A stretch of DNA of 64,000 bases from Patescibacteria group bacterium (GCA_016784175.1 JADHVC010000002.1:330-64329), one strand, 5' to 3'. Counted from the stretch's first letter, positions 9,529 to 20,300 are shown. Translations and numbers: made by a program. The notes: generated from the sequence alone by a model not told the origin.

Positions 9529-10644
9529 ATGGAGAATTTAATAAAAAATATTGAAATATTACGCGAGCAAGTTATTAAAACTCATACTGCTCTAGATATC
9601 GAAGGTAAAAAATCGGAGCTAAGAGATTTAAAGCGCCTCATTAGTGTGCCTGATTTTTGGAATAATCGTGAAAAGGCAGTAGAAGTTTCTAGAAAAGCAG
9701 AAGACTTAGAAAAGGTAACGGGTAAATGGGACAAGCTTCGACAGGACATAAGGTCGCTAGAAGAATTCGTTGCTTATGCCAGTAAAGAAGGGGATGATTC
9801 TGTTTATGACGAGTCGAATGCGATGTATGAAGAATATAAGCAGCTTTATGATGAGTTGGAATTCGGAGTACTTTTTTCAGGTAAATATGATGAAAGTAAC
9901 GCGGTCATTTCTGTGCATGCTGGTTCTGGTGGAGTTGATGCACAAGATTTCGCTCAAATTTTAGAAAGAATGTATTTGCGATATTGCGAGAAAAAGAAAT
10001 TCAAAGTGATGATGGTGGATAGGGTTGATGGGGGAGAGGCAGGCATTAAAAGCAGTTCTTTTGAAGTAAGGGGTAGTTTTGCTTATGGTAATTTGAAAGG
10101 TGAGGCAGGTATTCACAGGTTAGTGCGAATTTCACCATTTGACGCGGAGTCCATGCGACATACTTCATTTGCTTCGGTTGATGTTATTCCTGTTATCGAA
10201 GAAACACAAGATATTATTATTAATGAAAGTGACCTACGGATCGATACCTATAAGTCAGGCGGACCTGGTGGGCAAAGTGTGAACACGACCGACTCTGCTA
10301 TAAGGATTGTACATATTCCAACAAATACAACAGTTACTTGCCAGACAGAACGATCACAACATCAAAATAAGGAAACCGCTTTTAAAATTTTAAAATCAAA
10401 ACTTTATAAATTAGAGCAAGATAAACGAGAGGCCGAGGAAGCAAAGTTACGCGGAGAAGTTGAAAAAGCCGATTGGGGTAAGCAGATTCGGTCATATGTT
10501 ATGCAACCTTATAAGATGGTTAAAGACCATAGAACAAATTTTGAAACACAAGACATTGACGGTGTGCTAGAAGGAGAGATCGAAGGATTTATTGTAGCTT
10601 ATCTTAAGGGAGAGATCACAAGCGAAAAAATAATGCAGACATAG
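9529..10644 (+). CDS. prfB: Peptide chain release factor 2
   Basis: SPF tripeptide (RISPFD), GGQ motif (GGPGGQSVN), WGKQIRSYV; single continuous frame. Confidence 0.97.
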   Translation: MENLIKNIEILREQVIKTHTALDIEGKKSELRDLKRLISVPDFWNNREKAVEVSRKAEDLEKVTGKWDKLRQDIRSLEEFVAYASKEGDDSVYDESNAMYEEYKQLYDELEFGVLFSGKYDESNAVISVHAGSGGVDAQDFAQILERMYLRYCEKKKFKVMMVDRVDGGEAGIKSSSFEVRGSFAYGNLKGEAGIHRLVRISPFDAESMRHTSFASVDVIPVIEETQDIIINESDLRIDTYKSGGPGGQSVNTTDSAIRIVHIPTNTTVTCQTERSQHQNKETAFKILKSKLYKLEQDKREAEEAKLRGEVEKADWGKQIRSYVMQPYKMVKDHRTNFETQDIDGVLEGEIEGFIVAYLKGEITSEKIMQT

Positions 10645-10655
10645 TGAGCAGTTAC
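10620..10655. mobile_element. Partial MITE copy overlapping the prfB 3' end
   Basis: aagcgaaaaaataatgcagacatagtgagcagttac; contains the prfB TAG stop. Confidence 0.85.
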
Positions 10656-10694
10656 AACAGAAAATTATTGATGAGGCTGAAAAGATAAACAAAT

Positions 10695-10731
10695 AAAAAA
10701 GTCGCTATTGCATAAAAGCTTTATAGCGACT
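10695..10731. terminator. Intrinsic terminator between convergent prfB and the atc-like operon
   Basis: agtcgctat...atagcgact stem; T-tract on the minus strand. Confidence 0.65.
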
Positions 10732-10758
10732 ATTATTTTTTTTAAAAAAGAACTGTTA

Positions 10759-11721
10759 TTACTTTCTTTTCCATACGTTTTTTGTTTCTATTTCTAATTC
10801 GACGATTTCGCCAGCTGAATCAGTGGATACGAACCAAATATTCCACCAACTACTAATGAATTCTAGGTCACGTCGTTTTACAAAGTTTTGGATATCGGCA
10901 AGGGTGACCGGAAATTTATTTTCATCATGACTTCCTTTACCAAAGAAAAACCGAGTATCATTGTCAATAAATTTACCCCATTTTTCAGGCAATTGTTGTT
11001 TTAATAATTCTACTCCTTTTTCTAGTTTTTCTTTGGTTTTAGCACTTTCAAGAACTAATTTTCGCATAATCATATTACTTTGTTCTTTGTTAAGCGTAGT
11101 GCTTCGCCCGCTATCCAAGATGGTTGAAATCAGAACGGTCGAAAAAGCCAAACTTTTTTTATCTTGTGCAATTTTGGCTAAATGAGGAGTCCGAGAGAAT
11201 TGTCGAATTAACCAATCGGGATAGGCATAGCGTTCCTGAAAAATGTTGTTTATTTCTTGAAACTTATTGCTGAATAGCTGATCTCCGAACCATTCATTTT
11301 GGTTTGTAGCACTAACAAGTTCTGATAATTCGATTTCTTTGTTTATTTGCCACGCACTATTCGTATACGTTGGGTCTTCAAGCAATTTACTGATTCTTGT
11401 TAATTCTGCTACATGTCCCCAACCCAAACGAAAGGCGATAATTAAGCCTTCAGATTGCACATAGATTGAGGCTTTTTCAATGTCTTGACTAAATTTAAAT
11501 GCTAAGCCAAGGCTTATTATTCCAACCACATTTTGCATGGCTTTGCGTAAATTTTCTTCGTGTACGATATCATAATACTTTTTCGCAAACCCTATTGTTA
11601 AGTCTACCCCTTCTTGTTCTGCCTTTTTAAAAAAAGGGTCCTTGAGCTGACCAGATTTTACTCCGTGCTCAAGGACTTGTGTTAAGAAGGGGCGGAGATC
11701 CTTTATAGTAATTCCGCCCAT
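10759..11721 (-). CDS. atcC: AtcC-like protein (fourth gene of the J-domain operon)
   Basis: Last gene of a tightly spaced 4-gene operon led by a PX7W J-protein; N-terminus D.RPF..VL.HGV..G resembles proteobacterial AtcC-type proteins (from recall); AAGGAG SD. Confidence 0.6.
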   Translation of the reverse strand: MGGITIKDLRPFLTQVLEHGVKSGQLKDPFFKKAEQEGVDLTIGFAKKYYDIVHEENLRKAMQNVVGIISLGLAFKFSQDIEKASIYVQSEGLIIAFRLGWGHVAELTRISKLLEDPTYTNSAWQINKEIELSELVSATNQNEWFGDQLFSNKFQEINNIFQERYAYPDWLIRQFSRTPHLAKIAQDKKSLAFSTVLISTILDSGRSTTLNKEQSNMIMRKLVLESAKTKEKLEKGVELLKQQLPEKWGKFIDNDTRFFFGKGSHDENKFPVTLADIQNFVKRRDLEFISSWWNIWFVSTDSAGEIVELEIETKNVWKRK

Positions 11722-11748
11722 TTTAGTCTCCTTTGTTTTTTTTGCTGT

Positions 11749-12498
11749 TTATGGAGCTAGCGGTACAAACATATCTTCGTCGCAGATTGTCGACTGCTCT
11801 ACTCCTATCATCTTTTGTGCATGCTTGGTAAGCGCAAACACCATTCTCGATAACGACGCCTCGCTGATGCCGTTATTGTGTTTGACGAGGCTTTGAGCCA
11901 TCTTTGGAGCAACTTCACTTATAGCAAGAAAAAGTATTTCTATGCTTCCATGTTCCAACAAAGCACTCGCCATATCAATATCAATATTGGTAGATTCAGT
12001 ATGGGCGCATTCAGTTCCTGTATCATCATAAATATTAATCTCAATTGACTTTTTTAACTCTAGTGGTGTCCAACCAATAAAAGTGAATTTCAGAAAAGAT
12101 CTGGCTCCTTCATTAGCAAGAATAGCTTTTATTATTTCCATTTGTCTTTGTTTGTTATTGCAAGACAGAACGAAATGTGCCAGTGTATTGAGGGCATTTT
12201 CTTGAAGTCTTTCGGGACATTCCAAGAGCTTAGCTTCCCAGTTGACTGGCTCAGTCTCAAGTGCTTTTGCAATATCTATTGGTGATAAAAGATCAGTGAG
12301 AATTGACGCCGTTGTGAAATCGTGGGATCTTAAGATATTCGCTTGTTCTACGATATTAAGCGCTCTAACAATTGGCTCCGTTGCCCTATCGCCATGTTCG
12401 CTTGCGAATTTGATAATTAGTTGTTCTGCTGCTTTTCCTTGACCTTGGTTGGCCAGTTCTTTTATTTTGCTAATAACCAAGTCGGTATCTCTATTCAT
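11749..12498 (-). CDS. atcB: AtcB-like protein (third gene)
   Basis: Operon position; N-terminus AE.L...A..HGD.A......ILR.HD....SI...L..P resembles proteobacterial homologues (from recall); AAGGAG SD. Confidence 0.55.
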   Translation of the reverse strand: MNRDTDLVISKIKELANQGQGKAAEQLIIKFASEHGDRATEPIVRALNIVEQANILRSHDFTTASILTDLLSPIDIAKALETEPVNWEAKLLECPERLQENALNTLAHFVLSCNNKQRQMEIIKAILANEGARSFLKFTFIGWTPLELKKSIEINIYDDTGTECAHTESTNIDIDMASALLEHGSIEILFLAISEVAPKMAQSLVKHNNGISEASLSRMVFALTKHAQKMIGVEQSTICDEDMFVPLAP

Positions 12499-12501
12499 GT
12501 T

Positions 12502-12984
12502 CTACTCCTTGCCCATTTCTTCAAGTTGAATGTCGGCATAAACATCACCACTGCTGATGGTGCTTCCAGTAAGGACAAACTCATCCTGATTCGCAAAGAT
12601 AAAGTTAAGAATAAATGCGGTTTGAAGTGCGTCTTTGTAGGATTCTTCAAGCTCTTTTACTAAGCTAGCACATCTTGGATTTGCGTGAATTGTTTTTTTA
12701 ATGATCTTCCAATCTGGGAAAGCATTTAAATATATCCAAGATAGCCACTTTTCACGATCAACATATTTTACACTGCCAAATACGGCAATCGCCGCATAGG
12801 TTGGGAATTCTACGACAAGATGCGAAGATTCCTTGATTGTCTGAAAGATTACTTTACAGTATTCGGTTAGTCTTGTGGGGTTATCGGGATCATCCGACAT
12901 TTGAATCTCTTCTAAAAATGATTCAAAATTATCAGCGATTGTAGGGTGTAAGTGAATAGGGTGTAAGTGAATTTTGATGCTCAT
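12502..12984 (-). CDS. atcA: AtcA-like hypothetical protein (second gene)
   Basis: Assigned by synteny only; 3-nt gaps to both neighbours; GGAG SD. Confidence 0.45.
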   Translation of the reverse strand: MSIKIHLHPIHLHPTIADNFESFLEEIQMSDDPDNPTRLTEYCKVIFQTIKESSHLVVEFPTYAAIAVFGSVKYVDREKWLSWIYLNAFPDWKIIKKTIHANPRCASLVKELEESYKDALQTAFILNFIFANQDEFVLTGSTISSGDVYADIQLEEMGKE

Positions 12985-12987
12985 TCT

Positions 12988-13281
12988 TTAATTCTCCATT
13001 ACAGGTTTAAAAGTGTTAAGATACTCGAACCATATTGTCAGAGTTACCTTTGTTGGGTTATCAGTTACGCGGGCTGCTCTTTCTTTTTCGTACTCTCCTT
13101 TCTTCTGGGGGTTTGTTAGAGTTTTGTATGTATCTATGATTTTCTCAAGTTTTTTAACTGCTTCGGGATCATCGTTTCGATCTGGATGGTACTCCTTCAA
13201 TAAAGAGTGATAAGCCTGCTTGATTTCGGCAGGTGTTGCTTTATTTGTTAGTCCTAAAATAAAATATAGATCGTGTATCAT
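12988..13281 (-). CDS. atcJ: Short J-domain co-chaperone, AtcJ-like
   Basis: 97 aa; J-domain with HPD (YHPDRN) and a C-terminal extension P-TKVTLTI-W, the PX7W motif characteristic of AtcJ. Confidence 0.8.
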   Translation of the reverse strand: MIHDLYFILGLTNKATPAEIKQAYHSLLKEYHPDRNDDPEAVKKLEKIIDTYKTLTNPQKKGEYEKERAARVTDNPTKVTLTIWFEYLNTFKPVMEN

Positions 13282-13302
13282 ATATTTTTTCCTTATTTAA
13301 TT

Positions 13303-13372
13303 GTGTAAAGAACAAAGGAGAAAAGTTATTCTCACTAACCTTATTTATAGAACTATATAAAAACTTTGTCAA
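13303..13372 (-). promoter_or_regulatory. Sigma70-type promoter plus boxA-like leader motif for the atc-like operon
   Basis: Minus strand TTGACA (13372-13367)-N17-TATAAA (13349-13344); TGTTCTTTACAC at 13314-13303. Confidence 0.65.
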
Positions 13373-13383
13373 GTTAAATGCAT

Positions 13384-13463
13384 GTAACTGCTCACTATGT
13401 CTGCATTATTTTTGAGCGCATATGGAATATGTAGTAATTTTTAGCAGAATTTAACTTAAAAAA
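13384..13463. mobile_element. Partial MITE copy (~80 bp, one arm)
   Basis: gtaactgctcactatgtctgcattatttttgagcgcatatggaatatgtagtaatttttagcagaatttaacttaaaaaa. Confidence 0.9.
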
Positions 13464-13552
13464 AATTAACTTAGGTTGAATATTAGTTGTTATTGTTCTA
13501 CTATTAAGGATAGGGTTTTAGCCAAAATTAATATTTTTTAAGTTTAAATAAA

Positions 13553-16500
13553 ATGTCTTTTATCCATTTACATGTTCATTCGCATTATTCTCTTCTGGAT
13601 GGCTTGTCTAGGTTTAATGAATTGATCGAAATTGCACAGGCAGATGGAGCAAATGCTGTTGCTTTAACTGATCATGGTGTAATGTATGGCATAATCGAGT
13701 TTTATCAAGCTTGTAAAAAGGCGGGCATTAAACCTATTGTTGGTTTTGAGGCATATATGGCCAAGGGTTCAATGTTGGAAAAGGTGACCAAGCAAGATGA
13801 AAAGCGTAATTATCATATATTACTTTTGGCTCGGAACAATCAGGGCTATAAAAATTTAATCAAACTTACTTCTATTGCACATCTAGAGGGTTTTTATTAT
13901 AAGCCACGCATAGACTGGGAAACACTTCAAAAATATTCCGAAGGGCTAATTGCTTGTTCGGCTTGTTTGGGTGGAGAAATACCACAATTAATTTTATCTG
14001 ACAAATACGATAAAGCCAAAAAAAGAGCACAAGAACACGAAGAGCTTTTTGGAAAGGGTCACTATTACTTAGAAATTCAGCCTCACCCTACTATTCCAGA
14101 GCAAGATCAAGTAAATCAAAAAATAATTCAAATAGCTAGAGAGACTGGTATTCCATTGGTTGCTACAAACGACTTGCACTACTTAAAGCCTGACGATTAT
14201 GACGCTCAGGACGTTCTTTTGTGCTTGCAAACAAAAGCCAAGAAGAATGATGTTGGTAGGTTTAGTCTTCATGGAAAGGATTTTTACTACAAGAGTGAGC
14301 AGGAAATGCGAGAGGCTTTCCTAGATGTTCAAGAGGCCGTAGACAATACTCAAGTTATTGCAGATATGTGTGATGTTGAAATCGAATTAGGTAATATTCA
14401 GTTGCCTTCTTTCGAAGTGCCAGAGGGTTTTGATGACTTTACATACCTAGAAAAGATTTGTCATGACGGTTTATTGGTTAGATATGAAAAAGATTATAAT
14501 AATGTAGACGAAGAAGTGCGTACCAGATTAGACTTTGAGTTATCGGTTATTAAGAAAATGGGGTGGCCATCATATTTTTCTATCGTTGCTGATTTTGTAA
14601 TGTGGGCTAAGAATAGAGGGATCGCTGTTGGGCCTGGGCGTGGATCTGCTGCTGGGTCGCTAGTTTGCTATGTGATAGGTATCACAAACTTAGATCCGAT
14701 TAAATACGAACTCCTTTTTGAGCGTTTCTTGAATCCCGAGCGTGTATCTATGCCCGATATCGATATGGACTTTTCGGATAATCGAAGAGAAGAAGTTTTG
14801 CGGTATGTTGAGCAAAAATATGGTAAGGATCATGTAGCGCAAATTATTACATTTGGAACAATGGCGGCTCGAGTGGCTATTCGTGATGTTGGTCGTGTCC
14901 TAGATATTCCATTGGCTTTATGTGACAAGTTGGCTAAATTAGTTCCAATGTTTTCTACTTTAAGTGACGCGCTAGAAAATACAGCCGAATTTAAAGATCT
15001 TTATGACAAAGATCCTCAGGCCAAACAAATTGTTGACTTTTCTCTGCGACTAGAAGGTGTGGCAAGGCATGCATCCACTCACGCTTGTGGTGTTTTGATA
15101 ACAAAAAATCCTCTAACAGATTACACCCCGCTACAATTTGGTTCGCAAGAGGGGGGTGACGGGCAACGAGGTATTGTATCGCAATATTCACTTCATCCAG
15201 TAGAGGACTTGGGTCTGCTTAAAATGGATTTTTTAGGTTTAAAAAACCTTACAATAATTGAGTCTGCTATTCGAATTATTAAAGAATCCAATGGCGTTGA
15301 AATAGATATTGAAAAAATACCTCTTGATGACAAACTTGCATATAAATTATTCCAAGATGGAGAAACAACAGGTGTCTTTCAATTCGAGTCATCGGGAATG
15401 AAGCGCTACTTAAAAGACTTGAAACCAACCGAGCTGGAAGATATTATCGCTATGGTGGCCCTCTATCGTCCTGGACCAATGGAGTGGATTCCAGATTTTA
15501 TTGCCGGTAAACATGGCACAAGGACCATCCAATATCTACATCCTAAGCTAGAGCCAATTTTAAGAAATACTTATGGAGTAGCAATTTACCAAGAGCAAGT
15601 TATGCGTATGGCAAGAGACTTGGCTGGTTTTAGTATGGGTCAAGCAGACGTTTTGCGTAAGGCGATGGGTAAAAAGATTGTAAAGTTGTTGGCTGAACAA
15701 AAAGATAAGTTCTTGAACGGGTGTGAAGATAATAACATTGATAGGCGACTCGCTGAACAAATTTTTTCGTTTATTGAACCTTTCGCGGGTTACGGTTTCA
15801 ACAGAAGTCACGCAGCCTGTTACGCTATGATTGGCTATCAAACAGCCTACCTAAAGGCTCACTATCCGGCAGAATTTATGGCTGCTTTATTAACTGCCGA
15901 TCAGCAGCATATCGACAGAATATCGATAGAGATTGACGAATGCAAGGAGATGGGAATAGATGTATTGCAGCCTAATGTTAATAAATCTTTTGAGTCGTTT
16001 ACAGTTGTTAAAAATACAGAAACAGGTAAGAAAGAAATACGTTTTGGTTTAAGGGCGATAAAAAATGTTGGAACAAATATCTCTGAATTTATCATCAAAG
16101 AGAGGATAGAAAATGGAGAATTCTTGGATCTAAGCGACCTATTGGAGCGAGTTATTAATAGAGATATGAACAAGAAGTCTTTAGATAGTTTGATCAAATG
16201 CGGGGCAATGGATGATTTTGGTGATCGAGGAAAATTAATAGCGAACATGGATAATTTACTTGAGTTTAGTAAAGAAGTGGGTAAACTTAAAGCTAATAAT
16301 CAAAATAGTTTATTTGGTGATGTGACTGGTGTAAATAGTATAAATAAGGTTAGGCTGGATAAAACTGGTGTGGTAGAAAAGCAAGATAAGTTAAGATGGG
16401 AAAAGGAACTTCTTGGTCTGTATATTACCGAACATCCGTTTAACGAATATAGAAAATATCTAGAAGGTTTTTGTGTAAATTTGCTTGATTTGCAGGGCTG

Positions 16501-17068
16501 TATCGACGAAACTGATGTCACAATAGCTGGCATCATCTCTACAATAAAAAAGATTACCACCAAGGCAGGCGATCCTATGCTTTTCGTGCGTCTAGAGGAC
16601 CATGTAGGAAGTACAGAGATTTTAGTTTTTCCGCGAATATATGCAGAAACTCAGCATATCTGGCAAGCAGGTAATATTATTGCTTGTTATGGTAAAATAT
16701 CTGATAAAGATAATGAAAGGAAGGTGTTAGCCAACAAGGTAATAGCGCTTAGTCTAGATGCTATTGATGGTCAAATGCAACGGTTCAAAACAGAGATTCC
16801 ACAAAAAGGCGCAAAGCCTGCATATAGGGCTAGTTATATAAAAAAAGATAATTCTCTTAAGTTAATTTTTGTCCAAAAGTGCTCACCTGAACATCTCTCC
16901 GCTTTAAAGCTTATATTAGACTCAAATCGTGGCAGCGACAAAGTTTATCTAAAGATTTTTAATGGTGATGGTCATAAAATTGTTGAAACAAATTTCTTGG
17001 TTAGCAATGGAAAAGCGTTAGTCGATAATATAGCAACCAAGTTTGACGGAATAATAAAAGTGGCGTAG
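13553..17068 (+). CDS. dnaE: DNA polymerase III alpha subunit
   Basis: PHP domain HLHVHSHYSLLDG, GPGRGSAAGS, PDIDMDF catalytic motif, GYGFNRSHA, C-terminal OB fold. Confidence 0.98.
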   Translation: MSFIHLHVHSHYSLLDGLSRFNELIEIAQADGANAVALTDHGVMYGIIEFYQACKKAGIKPIVGFEAYMAKGSMLEKVTKQDEKRNYHILLLARNNQGYKNLIKLTSIAHLEGFYYKPRIDWETLQKYSEGLIACSACLGGEIPQLILSDKYDKAKKRAQEHEELFGKGHYYLEIQPHPTIPEQDQVNQKIIQIARETGIPLVATNDLHYLKPDDYDAQDVLLCLQTKAKKNDVGRFSLHGKDFYYKSEQEMREAFLDVQEAVDNTQVIADMCDVEIELGNIQLPSFEVPEGFDDFTYLEKICHDGLLVRYEKDYNNVDEEVRTRLDFELSVIKKMGWPSYFSIVADFVMWAKNRGIAVGPGRGSAAGSLVCYVIGITNLDPIKYELLFERFLNPERVSMPDIDMDFSDNRREEVLRYVEQKYGKDHVAQIITFGTMAARVAIRDVGRVLDIPLALCDKLAKLVPMFSTLSDALENTAEFKDLYDKDPQAKQIVDFSLRLEGVARHASTHACGVLITKNPLTDYTPLQFGSQEGGDGQRGIVSQYSLHPVEDLGLLKMDFLGLKNLTIIESAIRIIKESNGVEIDIEKIPLDDKLAYKLFQDGETTGVFQFESSGMKRYLKDLKPTELEDIIAMVALYRPGPMEWIPDFIAGKHGTRTIQYLHPKLEPILRNTYGVAIYQEQVMRMARDLAGFSMGQADVLRKAMGKKIVKLLAEQKDKFLNGCEDNNIDRRLAEQIFSFIEPFAGYGFNRSHAACYAMIGYQTAYLKAHYPAEFMAALLTADQQHIDRISIEIDECKEMGIDVLQPNVNKSFESFTVVKNTETGKKEIRFGLRAIKNVGTNISEFIIKERIENGEFLDLSDLLERVINRDMNKKSLDSLIKCGAMDDFGDRGKLIANMDNLLEFSKEVGKLKANNQNSLFGDVTGVNSINKVRLDKTGVVEKQDKLRWEKELLGLYITEHPFNEYRKYLEGFCVNLLDLQGCIDETDVTIAGIISTIKKITTKAGDPMLFVRLEDHVGSTEILVFPRIYAETQHIWQAGNIIACYGKISDKDNERKVLANKVIALSLDAIDGQMQRFKTEIPQKGAKPAYRASYIKKDNSLKLIFVQKCSPEHLSALKLILDSNRGSDKVYLKIFNGDGHKIVETNFLVSNGKALVDNIATKFDGIIKVA

Positions 17069-17103
17069 GGATAAGTTAAGACTAACGCTTTTTCAGTGTG
17101 TTT

Positions 17104-17292
17104 ATAACTGCTCACTATACCTGCATCACTTTTTCGCTTAGGATGGAATGTTGGGCAATTTTTTACGCACAATTTAACAAAAATTTTAAACTCGCTTCAC
17201 TCAAACATAAAATTTTTTAAGTTAAATTCTGCTAAAAATTACTACATATTCCATATGCGCTCAAAAATAATGCAGGTATAGTTAGCAGTTAC
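17104..17292. mobile_element. Full-length MITE copy (orientation A), IS66-type ends
   Basis: 189 bp, ~23-bp TIRs ataactgctcactatacctgcat / atgcaggtatagttagcagttac; no clear TSD. Confidence 0.9.
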
Positions 17293-17298
17293 TAAAAA

Positions 17299-17335
17299 AA
17301 AAGTAAAGCCGCATGGTCATCATGCGGCTTTTTTC
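17299..17335. terminator. Bidirectional intrinsic terminator
   Basis: aaagccgcatg-gtcat-catgcggcttt with A/T tracts, between convergent dnaE and the giant surface protein gene. Confidence 0.8.
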
Positions 17336-17340
17336 TTACG

Positions 17341-20300
17341 CTATCTTTTAGCTCCTGAGTAGGCTATTGCTCGGACTATATCCCAAGCAAGAGCGCTTTT
17401 AGGATTACCTTTGTATATATTCTTGAAACTCTTGATGGCTGCTTTCTCAGAATCTAAGTTGCGATTCGTTGGTCTTAATCCATAAGCTATAATTGTTACA
17501 GCTGCATCATCATGAGGGTTAATTCTATCGGGCACCCTCTTGTAGATAGTCTTGAATTCTTGGATAGCTCTTTCTTCTGAGGCCGCATTTCTTTGGTTTG
17601 TCCACCTACCGTTAGCTATTTTTATTACATCTTCCCAGTCTGTTAGTGTGGTTGGGAGTCTGTCGAATGCAGATTTAAAACTACTTACTGCACCGGCTCT
17701 TTCTCCGGCCCCAAGTTTAAGTGTGGTGAATGTGCCGTAGGTAATGAATTCGTTCATAGCAGTCTTTGATTCATCGCTAACCACTTGTTTCTTAACTAAT
17801 TCGGAAATATACTTGGTATTTGTAAGAGCTTCGCTTTCCAAATTTCTCTTTGTGTTGAATTTCGCAACGAATGCATCAATATTAGCTGCAAATACTTCTT
17901 TAGCTTCGCTAAGAATAGACTTAATTAAGTCAGAGTCAGATGTATTCGCTTGTTCTTGTGATTTGCTTTCTGTTGATGCTGCTTCTGCAACTTTTGCATC
18001 TATTGTTAATCTCGCAAGTGCATTTGCCTTGTCAACGATCGCTTGCCATGCTGGGATTAATCTATTTGTAGTTAATACGGTTGTTGTGCTTAAATTACCA
18101 TTAGCATCATACACTTGATAGGTTGGCGCTACATCTGAAACATAACCTCCTCCCCCTCCTCCTCCACCATTATTCGATGGAGCAACATATATTGCATTGC
18201 AACTATTGCCAGAAAGTTCATAACCATTATCGCAAGTTATTACACATGAATTATTTATACTACCGTTATTAACTGTTTTGTTAGAACAAACTTGAATTTC
18301 AGTCGAGGTAGCAGATTCATTATTCCCAGTATCCAATGCTGTGATCTGATAGTAATATACTGTAAACGCAGCTGTAGTCGCATCGGTGAATGTCGAAGTA
18401 GTAATGTCGATAACATTTACCATGTTTGTTGAACTAGCAGTAAATCCAGTTACTGCATCTCTATAAATATTATATTTTGCTAGATCAGGTTCAGTATTGT
18501 CATCCCAGTTAAGAACTACTGTTGTTCCGGTGCCTGATGTTTGACTTAAATTAGTTGGCGCAATAGGTGCAGTTACATCAGCGCAGAAATTACCATTTTT
18601 CGTAAAGCCTAGATTACAAGTTATTACACAATTATTATCAATACTTCCGTTAGCTACTGTGCTATTTGAACATAGTTGAAGTTCAGTGGCAATGACAGAT
18701 TCGTTACCGCTGTCGTCAGCTGCTGTAACTGTGTAGTAGTAGACTGTGAATGCTGCAGTAGTGGCATCAGTAAAGTTGGATGCTGTAACTTGGCTGCCAT
18801 TTACTTGATTAGCGATGTCAGCTGTGACCCCTGTCGATGTTGCGCGATAGACTTCATACTCTAATAGATCATTTTCAACATTATCTGCCCAATTAATAGT
18901 AACCGAAGTTCCATTGCCAGCTGTTTGACTTAGCCCCGTTGGAGCGTCTGGTGCTGTTGAATCGGTTGGAGTTGTAGCGCCAAAAATTGTTAAGTGATCT
19001 GTGTTAGAGTTTAAGGCGATTTTGTAATCGGCATAAGTATTTGCATTGCCAGCTAGTGCTGTAGCAAAAGCGCTGAAGTCAGTTACCGTTGTCCAATCTG
19101 TATCATTCACATCAGCTTTTGTATACGCAGTTTTCGTAGTGGACATTGCAACCCAGTTACTCAAAGAAGTATCCCAATAAGAGTTAGTAAGTGTAGATAA
19201 CTTTGCATAATTGCTTAACGCTGCGCTTATTTCATCTTTATAATAAACTAATTCAATTTCAATGTCATTACTTAGGTTAGTTATTGCTGCTCCAGACGAA
19301 TCATTAGCAGTAATTTCTTTACCTATTCCACCTAAAGGACTAGCTGTACTTGTTTGTGAAACATTGCTTACTTCTTTCGAGGTTATGCTTCCACTAGTTG
19401 CTTCACTTCCAAGTGCATTCGGCGGAACAATAATTCTTATTCCAGATCCACCTGCGCCACTATTATCTAATGAACCTCCACTTGATGGGGTGATAGATTG
19501 AGCTTTAAGTTTTGTGTCCCAGTTAGCAATCGGCGTTAATCTAATGTTATTACTATTTGAGTCCGAACCACTAATTGTTATTGTCCCGAAAGTTGATTGA
19601 GAATATCCATCGGCGACCGCCTTTAGTCTGTAAGTACTATCTACGACTGGTATAGAAAATGTTCCATCCGACTTGGTTGTAGCACCTATTCTTTTTTTAT
19701 TGATCGTGTCTTCTACCCAAACCCAACCATCTAGAACCTCTTCGCCTGCATCATAGTCGGTGTCGCTATTTAAGTCGTTGTATATAGTTCCAGTGATGCT
19801 TCTATTAGCGCTTACTAACTCATAATCAGCAGCAGTATCAGCACTGATCACGATAGCTGTTGGAGGTTGTGGTATGTAGCCGGTAGCTTCAACGCCTGTT
19901 TTGTAATTACCATTTTTAACTGTGATGGAGTAAGCTCCAGTTGCGTCAGTAGTGTCTCCTAGGTAGTCACCAAGAGCTTCGTTCCCAACCCATACCCATG
20001 CGTTCTCGATTGGACCAGAAGTGTCAGTGATTGTGCCGGTTAGTGTAAATATCTCTGTAGCGCTATCTGGTAAAACGAAAGTAACTGTTGAATCTCCGTT
20101 GAATGTGACTGGGTTTGTAGCTGGCTCAATTGATCCTATGCCAGGAATGTGCATATGGAATAGGTAGGTTCCATTTTTTAATTTGATTGCTGCATTTGAA
20201 GCAAGAGTAGATAGTTTTATGTTTTTATGGAATTCATTTGTAGTGCTATCGATATTAATGATAGCTTCCTGTGAGCTAAGTCCATTCGTGAATGCAAGCG

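Noticed and set aside
10656..13383. atc operon as MITE-bounded composite transposon cargo
   Set aside because: The two remnants have their outer ends facing the operon, which is the wrong geometry, and the adjacent 8-mers (AACAGAAA / AAATGCAT) do not match.
13553..17068. Intein or intron in dnaE
   Set aside because: Length (1171 aa) and motif spacing are normal; no intein-like insertion seen.
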